Positions 55,345 to 64,000 of a stretch of DNA of 64,000 nt are shown piece by piece. The stretch lies in assembly GCF_009914755.1 (NCBI RefSeq), contig NC_060930.1; one strand, written 5' to 3'. Under the pieces are notes generated by a model. That model was not told where the DNA came from and searched no databases. It saw only the letters and a program-made list of their open reading frames with translations. Source of the DNA: the human T2T-CHM13v2.0 reference genome, Homo sapiens. How positions within the stretch are numbered: position 1 is the first letter of the stretch; each line of letters opens with the position of its first letter. The position numbers were made by a program, and so were the translations under genes.

Positions 55345-55777
55345 TGCTATGTTATGAATGTGTCCCCTCCTAAATGTAGGTGTTGAAACTTAATGGCCAA
55401 TGTGATGGTATTCAGAGGTGGGGCCTTTAAGAAGTAATTAGGTCAAAAGGGCTTCTCCCCTCGTGAATGAGATTAAGGTACTTACAAAAGAGGCTTCATG
55501 TAGCATTCAGCTAGCTTGCCCTTTGGCCATGTGAGGACACAGCATTCCTCCCTTGTGGAGGATACAGCAATAAGGCACCATCTTGCAAGCAGAGAACCAC
55601 CCTCACCAGACGACCGAACCTCGATCTTGGACTTCCTTGATCTTGGACACCTTGATCTTAGACTTCCCAGCCTTCAGAACTGTGAGAAAATTAATTTCTC
55701 TTCTTTTTAAATTGCCTCAGATATTTTAAAAATTGTCTCAGATATTTTGTTATAGCAGCACAAAATGAACTAAAACA
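55345..55777 (+). mobile_element. MSTC/MSTD-type MaLR solo LTR
   Basis: tgctatg…gaggtggggcctttaag…ccatgtgaggacacagc…aactgtgagaaa…gttatagcagcacaaaatgaactaaaaca. Confidence 0.85.
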
Positions 55778-56714
55778 ACTTTAATGAACTGAAACCATCA
55801 CAATAGACACCATGATAGTCAAGACAATGTTTTTGATAGTGCAGCCGACAGACTCCTGAGAAATACAACTAGAACATTATGAGGGGCCCATCTGGCATTC
55901 CAACAAGACCAATGGAAGCTATTTATATTAGAGGAGAGAACTAGGACCCCCTTTACCTTCCTACTTTTCTAACCAATCCTAGCACCATCCCATATATATA
56001 AAACTGGATAAACAGCCAACAACATTGAAGTGCCTTATTAAGATGTCAGAGATCAGCGTTCACCACTGGATTTATAAAACCTAGTTCAGTACCAGGAATG
56101 GGGTGATATTAAAGATGAGAAACATTATATTAGGCTTGCTTGTCTTTTTGAGGAACTATTGCCATTTGTCTCTTTATATAGTTACTTAATAGCTCTACCT
56201 TTCAGATGTCAGTGACACATACAAAAATGTTCACTAAATAAATCAAGCCAGTTTTCTATGTACCCTCTCTCTACCAGTTCACTTACTTTTCTCATTTTTT
56301 ATATTTCTTAAAACTGGTTTCATTATTTTCCTTCTTCCAAATAGAACTATTGTTTTTTCACTTACAATGTACAATTACTTCAAATAGTAAATATGAAACA
56401 CTTAAAAATGTAATAAGGGTATGAGTCTTAAAAAGAAAGCAAGTTTAACTGACCACATAAACATGGTTTGCCCATGGCTTAGATGTGGCAAGGATGAAAT
56501 CTGTCTTCATTGTGCATGGCTCAGTCTTTATTCATTTTTTCTTCTGGTGAATTCACCTCTCCTCATTCACCTCATTCACCACTCCACCAGAAGGCACAGA
56601 TACCCTTCAGAGTATTTATACCCACCTATCAAAACCTGTGTAGTGTGGCTCTGGTATAGAGCATTTGCTATTTTATACACTTTATGTAGGGGTGGTGAGG
56701 AATATGTCTCTGAT

Positions 56715-57410
56715 CAATAAGGAAGAAGGTGAGGCTGGTAAGGAAGAGAGAGTGTACAAGATGGGTTCAGAGGAAAAGCAGATGGCCAGGACATGTGGAG
56801 CCTTACAAGCCTTGGAGAGGACTTTTTGATTTTACCCTGAGATGGGAAGCCACTGGAAGAGTCTGAACAGAGGAGTTTCAGGAACTGACTTATGTTTTAA
56901 AATAATTTATCTGGCTGTTATCTGGAGAATAGAGCAATGGAACAAGGCCAGAAGTAGGAACCTACTAAGAAACAATTGCAGTAATCTAGGTAACAGATGA
57001 TGGTGATAGAGACCAAAGAGGTGGCAGTAGAAACAGAATCAGTAGGAACTTGAGTCTGGGTGTTTTTAATGTACACGTGGTATTTGCTGATGGATCGGAT
57101 ATGAGGTAGGAGAAGATTGAAGAGTAATACCAAGATTTTGGCCTGAGGACCTAGAAGCACAAAACTGCCATTTACTAAGGTGGAGTAGGCTGTGGCAGGA
57201 GCAAGTTTAGAGGGATGAAATCAGAAGTCTAGTTTAGGACATGCCATAAAGAATGCTATTATTCATCTAAGTAATGAGCAGTTGGTGCCATGAGTTCAGA
57301 GTTCAGGGGAGAGGGGAATAAAATAGATGACACTTATAGCCATGGGTCTGAATGAGTGAGTTTAGTGAGAGAAGAGGTCTAAGGCCTGAGCCCTGAAACA
57401 CACCACAATT
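56715..57410 (-). mobile_element. L2 LINE relic
   Basis: gagatgggaagccactggaagagtctgaacagaggag…gatttgctgatggat…caagattttggcctgag. Confidence 0.75.
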
Positions 57411-57525
57411 TTAGAGGAATAATAATAGTACCATTGCAAGGGGGTGTGTTATAGGGATTCAATTAGATAATACATGTAAAGCACTTAAAATAGTATAGGA
57501 ACCTTCTTCAACAGTCAACAACCAG

Positions 57526-57556
57526 GTGCGTGCGCACACACACACACACTCACACA
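57526..57556. repeat. GTGC/(CA)n alternating purine-pyrimidine microsatellite
   Basis: gtgcgtgcgcacacacacacacactcacaca. Confidence 0.95.
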
Positions 57557-57567
57557 GTCCCCCTTAC

Positions 57568-57657
57568 CTCTTACCACCTGCTAGCCCCTACCTCCCCTAG
57601 AGCACCTATCCCAGGACTCGGCGACTTGCACCTGGTGGAATTCTTCCTCGCATTGTT
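57568..57657 (-). other. Candidate cassette/cryptic exon in RCAN2 5'UTR intron (hypothetical)
   Basis: Acceptor tttcctgttctccacccacttccttacAG. Donors GTG|GTAAGA (exon end 57575) and GAG|GTAAGG (exon end 57568). No transcript evidence is available to me. Confidence 0.35.
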
Positions 57658-59559
57658 CTGTAAGGAAGTGGGTGGAGAACAGGAAACCTTGTTCTCACTC
57701 TAAAGGCTACAAAGGGAAAAATAATCTTGCTTGTATTCCAACCTGGAATTCTGAGTATTTTTCCCACAACAACGTAGCTTTTAAGATCTCTCAAATCAAC
57801 ACTCCTGTACTTTACATCAAGTACATCATGCATATAACAGGCTTTTGGGCCAGCTTGGGGATCTGGTCATAATTCATGATGCTTCCTAGGAAAATATATC
57901 CCAAACTCCAAACAATGTAATGGAAACCCATATTCAAAAGGCTACAGATTGTTTCCTGACATAAAAGCACACATATAAATTCTAAAGATGGATGTATTGG
58001 GACTTCCTTTTAATAGCAATGGTCTGTAACATATCGCTATATTTAGGTACCCAACTAAGACTAATAAAGTTGAGCAATAGTCCCTTTGTAGTGCCTGTGT
58101 TAGTTTAATCTCTGTCAAATCTCTCTGTGACTCTCCGCATCCCATTCCCCTGTGCTCAGCCAGGCAACGGAGAGGACAGTGAAGATGTTTAACTCCAGGA
58201 TAAATCCCCCATGATGCTGTCTTTCTCCATCATAATGGAGAAAGACACAATTGCTGTACTGTAATTGTGTAGCTGCCTCTCTTTCCAACCTGCAAATGCA
58301 GATTGTCTACCTTGTTCACATTGTATCTCTAGAACTCAACATTGTACCAAGTATCTAGTACAGACTAAGTAGAATTTCTTGAATGATTGGGGAATCAAAA
58401 CTCAATCTTAGTCTTAGATTCTAAGACATATAAGTCTTGAAAGAAGAAGGAACTTGGAGGACATACCAACTGAGTTAAGCCAATCAGTCTGGGAAAGAGA
58501 GTACAGGAACACTGGAACTTTTTCTGAAGTAACAAGATCTAGGGATTTTCACCCAGAGAAGAGCTACTTAGGTTGGCTTCTGGTAGCTCAGAGCGAGAAA
58601 AAGTCCCTTCATGGGACTAACTCAGAATACCAAGCTTAAGCCCCAAATCTTGCTTTCCAGATAAATGTAGTTTTTAATTTAAGTGACAATGTGATTTTCC
58701 TGGGGTCCACAGCCCTGAACTTTTAGAAGTCATGTTTCAGGACAGTTTGATTAGTTATATGCATGTATGTCTGTCTGTTTCTATAAATCATGTTTAAATG
58801 TACATATACACATTTATGTGGTCTCTTATTAATTTGCAAACTCTTAAAGCATACCAATGCTTTTCTCTCCTTTCTTTTGCCACATACAATATCTTACGGT
58901 ATACTGTTTGATCCTCCATGATAATCAATTATGACTCTACCTTATAGCTTCTTAATATCAAGAATGGCATCACACACATACAGACACATGCACACACAAA
59001 CACACACCCCTATCTCATACCTAGCATATAATAGGCATTCAGTAAATGTCTAGTGAACTGAATTGTTTAACTGGCTGTCTGTGCTATTTTTTTTTGTTCT
59101 CTTTAAACAATAAACTATTACCTATAAATCACCAATAAAATATCAGAATTGTAATAGACTAGAGTCTTTCATTACCATCAGGAACCAAATGTCAATAACA
59201 GCACCATATGAAACACATCAATGGCAGTGCTAGTCCAGTATATGCTCAGTGGGTTTATAACCTCAGTAGTATTTTCATAGAGAAAACTATGCATTATCCA
59301 AAACTAACTTGGGATTTTTTTAACCTGATAATTATTAGATAAATCAATGACATATTTTGACTGTGGATAAGGGAAAGGCTGCTGATTATCATTCAGGTCT
59401 GAATAATATCCATGGATATTAAACCATTTTCCTCTGTCATTTTATTCTTTAGGGGCACTCTTCATATAAACTCTCAGGAAAGGAATGAGGGTACATTTAT
59501 AAAACAAAGACAGTATTTTAACTTTTAAGTCTTACATATAAACTCACATATTTCTCTTT

Positions 59560-60480
59560 AAAATAACATATTGAGAAGCTACTATGTGCAAACTATCCTG
59601 ATTCCTCTTAGATGATTCAGAGTTGGACAGAAGGACTCATCCTGAGTGGGTGGTGGAGGAGAGGCACTGTGATTATGCAGGGACACCCAGGCCCAGAATG
59701 GAGGTGGACATCAGAAGAAGAGGAGAATAGGCAGAGCTCTGGGGACTCAAAGGAGAAAGGGATTTAGCTGGAGAAAGAATCAGGAAATGCTTCAGGAACA
59801 GGCAGAATTGGTGAATAGGTAGAGAGGAATGCAGCAGACATTTAGAGAAAGGGTAGTGGGGGGTAGCTGGGGGTTGGAGAGAACATTCCAGGCTAAGGAA
59901 AATTATTGAGCAAATATATACAGAGGGGAGAGCTTACTACATATTAAAAGAACTACAGGAGTCCTGACTGACACATGAGGCGGTGGGGAGGCAGGGGGAA
60001 GCCATATTGTCATGTACCTTTCATGACATAAAATCTGTTTCTAGCTCAGTAGGTAAAGGCCAGCAATGAGGAATATTCTTGAAGCAACAGAGTGCTATTA
60101 ATATCATAATAAATATTAACAAAATTCTCTAGCAGCTCAGTTAAGAGTTGGAGAGGGGCATATGGATAGAAGACCACCTAAGCCGCCATCAACAAGGTTC
60201 TGCAAGAAGTGAGTGATGGTACGTTTGGAAAGGAAGAGACAGGTATGGATAGAGAAGTGGGAGAATTAGGAAAAACCTCCTCACAATAGCATAGTCAGTA
60301 GGTTTTGGGAAAGGAGGAAATCCTTTGGAATCATTGCTATGTGAAAGTTAGGGATGCTGAAGACTAAGAAATAACTTTGATCTCCAGATTGGAGTTCCGC
60401 TGCCTTCAAAAGTTCAGTTCCAAAGGGGAGCAACAAAAGATAAATTGAACACAATTGGGGGTGAGTAGCTGGGAAAGAAA
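59560..60480 (-). mobile_element. Highly diverged L2 relic (approximate)
   Basis: ttgagaagctactatgtgc…gagaacattccaggc…, purine-rich. Confidence 0.5.
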
Positions 60481-62207
60481 CATAAGCAGCAGGTGGCATA
60501 GAAAAATCATATACCAATGCCCTACTGTACTCCAAGGGGAAAGTCAAGGCTTATTTTTTCTAGGTGAACATTGTCTTACTGCTTTACTACTCATATTATT
60601 TTTTCTAAATCAGGAAGTTGCTGTATGCATTTTTATGGATTTCCAAATATTTGTTGAAGTATTTTGTGAAATTTTTCAATTTTTAAGAAATACTGGATTA
60701 AAATGAGTTTTTTTATTTTTCTGTATAAGAATCTTAGAGGGAAGCTGATGACCAGCTGTTGATTCCTGGTCACTTGGAAATTAGGTTGGAGGTGAGGTCC
60801 TTCTGCACATGACTCAGGGCTCTATGACTATTGGTTACGGAGGGGAGAAACCCTCTAATAGCTGCATGTTGCCATCCTCTGCTTCAACAGCAGAAGCCAT
60901 TGCTGTTTTCAAGAAATGCCCACTTGAGCAAGCTTCTGGCAGGTGAAAGTCATGCTCTCTAGGCTAATTTATTGGCCATACAGAGCAGCAATTCCATTTT
61001 TTAACTTCAGGTAGGCAGTGAATTGTTATGTCCATTGCAAAGCAGGGAGGAGGGAGGTAAGTGCTTATTGTAGAAATGAGATATGAGCAGGCTGTGAGGA
61101 GATGAGCTGCTCCACCCTCTTCTCCAATGTCAAGACACTTGAAGGGAAGTGAAGAAGGATTTTCCAAGGCTTCAATTCTTTCCAAACAAACAGAAAAGCT
61201 ATAATTCCAATATTCTTTAGCTATTTCAACTTGAAATTATTTCTCTATAGTCACTTCTCTCCCTCCACACAGGTTGGTTTCTGTATTATGTTAAGCAGAG
61301 CAGTTGAAATGCTGTACTCTCCAGCATCTGATGGTGACTGCTGCTTCCACCCTCATGGAGCACAGAATGGCTACTCGACTCTATGATCTAATACTGGAAG
61401 TCAGGAGTTATGTTTATTCATTCAAAAAACAATCATGGAGGGTCTACCATGCTCTTGATAAACAAAACAAAGCAAATTGAACAACCATGATCCCTGCCCT
61501 CACAGCTTTCAGGGTCAAATGGTGATGTCATGAATCACCCAAAATGGGTCTTCTTTCTCTTTTCCAGTGTTCATTTAACAGACATTCTCATGGACTCTGT
61601 TTTAAAATTTGAAGCCAAAGATGGAACATGTAGGTGGACTAAGTAACACTGGTGAAGAAGGGGTAGTAGATAATGGGAATGCACTAGTGGGTGATGCTGG
61701 GAATAGTAATGCCTTTCATCTTTTGTCACCTAAGCTTTTATGCCATCTGACCCTCCACAAGCCTTATGAGATCACCAGGGCAGTTATTATAATCCCCATT
61801 TTACAGAGTAGAAAACTGAAGCTCAGTTGCTCACTGTCTCACAGCTAGCACAGCAGAATCAGAACGAGAATGAAGACCCCCTGAATCTTGATGTTTCCAT
61901 CCCACTAGGCCAAAATAATGAAGGCAATATTTTTTGGTAAATTGGCATGCATGAAGTGAAACAAATAATCCATAAAGCTAGGTAGCATTATTTTTATGGT
62001 TAGGTAAAAAATAATCCACTGAATATTAATAACATAATTAGAATGCTATCAACAGTCATCCAATCTATTCAAAAATTTCAATAATACTTCATGAGTGCTT
62101 GTTACATGCAAGATGCTTAGTCATGAAGGACATAGTGGTGAGTAACAAAACATGGTGCCAGCCCTCTTAGATAGAATCCTGAAGGTGGAAGTTTCTTTGT
62201 ATCATGC

Positions 62208-62810
62208 TGTGATATTGTGATATAAAAGGAAACATATATTTTTGTCTTTGTCCAAGGTTCCTGGCTCACAGCTCCTGAAATCCTTGTAATTTCCTAAATG
62301 ATTAGAGTGATAGGAGTAATAGGAGTATCTTTTGTGAAAATATTTTGTCTTTTGTTCTAGGTTTTTTAAACAGCTTACAGCAGTTACACAGCAAGAAAGA
62401 TGAACATATCTTCTCTTACTCATTGCAAGCCCCTTTCAGTCAGAAGATTTTTGGAAAGCCCCTAGATAACTGCAAGATGAGGCGCTGGTTGCCAGGGTGA
62501 GCCAAATGTGAGATTAAAGGGTTAAAACTTTCGGTCCCCCAACTCTGACCTCAAAGGAAAAGAAAGGAACTGAAGGTTGGGTTGATCACCAGTGGTCAAT
62601 CATGTAATCAATCATACCTGAATGATGAATCCTCCAAAAAAACATAAAAGAACAGAGTTTGGATTGCTTCCAGGTTCCTGAATACAAGCATGGGCCAGGA
62701 GGGTGGCACATCTCAACTTGCAGGGGGACAGAAGCTCCTGCATTTAGGGCCCTTCTAAACCTCCCTCTATGTAACTCTTTATCTGGCTGTTCATCATGTC
62801 CTTTAGAATC
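62208..62810 (+). mobile_element. MER21-family LTR, 3'-truncated
   Basis: tgtgatattgtgat…gttgatcaccagtggtcaatcatgtaatcaatcat…ggacagaagctcctgc…tctggctgttcat. Confidence 0.8.
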
Positions 62811-63059
62811 CTCCCCTTCTCTCTCTCCAACTCTGGTACTAAATGATACATGGACTCTGTTGGTTTCTAACAGCTTATTTACCCGACATAAAAAGTGAAA
62901 AACAGAAAAGCAGGGGCAAAACATAAGAGCTGATCCATTTTTAGGATAAAATTATTGGTGAGCTCTTCAAGGCTCAATTTATAAAAATGATAAAATTGAG
63001 TCTAACATTTTTGGGTAACACATAAAAGCTAGAATCAAATTGTATAAAAACCACAGATG

Positions 63060-63270
63060 TTGTGTGCTGATGCCTGGCTTTGAATTCCAGCTATGCCACT
63101 TATCAGCTGTGGGGCTTTGGCAAGCTATTTAACTTCTTTGTGCCTCAGTTTCCTCATCTGTCAAATGTGGAGGAAGATATTATGAGGATCAGATGTCATT
63201 TTATGAGTAAAATGTTTAAAATAATACCTTGCACAAAATAGGTTCTAGATAAGTTACCTATTAATACAAA
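63060..63270 (+). mobile_element. MIR
   Basis: gccacttatcagctgtggggctttggcaagctatttaacttctttgtgcctcagtttcctcatctgt. Confidence 0.85.
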
Positions 63271-64000
63271 TATTATCTACTGAAAAGAGATTTGCCAGAC
63301 AATACACTCAGAGTTGTAACAAAGTATAAAAATAACGTCGTTACCAATTCCTACAAAAATCGATGCCATCCTTTTCTCCCCTCTGTCAGTTGAAGACCCG
63401 GCAAGGATGTAAGACACATCCATCTTGCCATCTCTAGGGTGGAAGTACCCTGGCAGACAGTATAATTAAAAGCAAACTCAGAGAAAGGAACAGAAAAGCT
63501 CCTACCATAAAATGGCTAACTCTAAGTATATGCAAATGTTTGATCAGCTGGTGGCTCAATCTTAAGGATGCCCTGAAAAGCTATCAAATACCTCTCTCAC
63601 TGAAGATGACAAAAGTAAGTATTCCCATAGTCTTTAACTAAGAATAGCTCTGCATGAAAGATGAGCATTAAAATAATAATCAGAACTACCATCGGTCATT
63701 TTCATGAAATATTCCAAGGATGCTACGATGATTTCTTGCAAAGACTAGAATATACAAAGAATGAAAGAGCTGGCAGCAACTCCAGTGATCATTTTGCCCA
63801 ATACTTTAATGATGTAAACTAGAAAACTGAGGTCAAAATGTTACTAAGGGAAAGCCCAATCTCTCACAAGAAAATCACAGCCCATCTAGCCCAGCTCTTT
63901 GAATTTCCCACTCCATGCACCCAGTGATAATCTCTCTGTATCATGCAGGCTGTTGGGAAATAATAACAATGATAGTGATATAATAACAACAACAAACACC

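Noticed and set aside
57609-57653. uORF begins MRG like RCAN2 itself (duplicated exon?)
   Set aside because: Similarity stops after three residues with different codons, so it is coincidence.
58970-59030. Second donor (TAG|GTATGA) followed by (UG)n on the RCAN2 strand
   Set aside because: No pyrimidine-tract acceptor lies within exon distance upstream.
59851-59877. G-quadruplex candidate gggtagtggggggtagctgggggttgg
   Set aside because: It has only three clear G3+ runs and sits in purine-rich L2-derived sequence.

Overview
Primate (very probably human) genomic DNA: AT-rich, CpG-depleted and repeat-dense. It is not prokaryotic and has no operons, CRISPR array, rRNA or tRNA. The only credible protein-coding sequence is one 227-nt minus-strand exon (42395-42621). 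It carries 2 nt of 5'UTR plus codons 1-75 of the long isoform of RCAN2 (regulator of calcineurin 2, ZAKI-4/DSCR1L1), with canonical AG/GT boundaries. Everything else appears to be flanking RCAN2 intron. The intron holds 11 Alus, a ~6.6-kb decayed L1MA with its target-site duplication (TSD), MaLR/ERVL solo LTRs, hAT and Tigger DNA transposons, many L2/MIR relics, a 6x44-bp minisatellite and small local duplications. Three leads stand out. (1) The AUG exon is bracketed by inverted Alus, and back-splicing it would create a self-terminating ORF (AAG|GAA-TGA overlapping the ATG), predicting a circRNA-encoded 76-aa N-terminal RCAN2 peptide. (2) A candidate 83/90-nt cassette or cryptic 5'UTR exon at ~57.6 kb has a uORF and a (UG)n tract right after its donors, resembling TDP-43/CELF-controlled exons. 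(3) An LTR-derived VNTR multimerises a RUNX-type motif. Repeat subfamily names are from recalled consensus sequences, and boundaries of old repeats are approximate.
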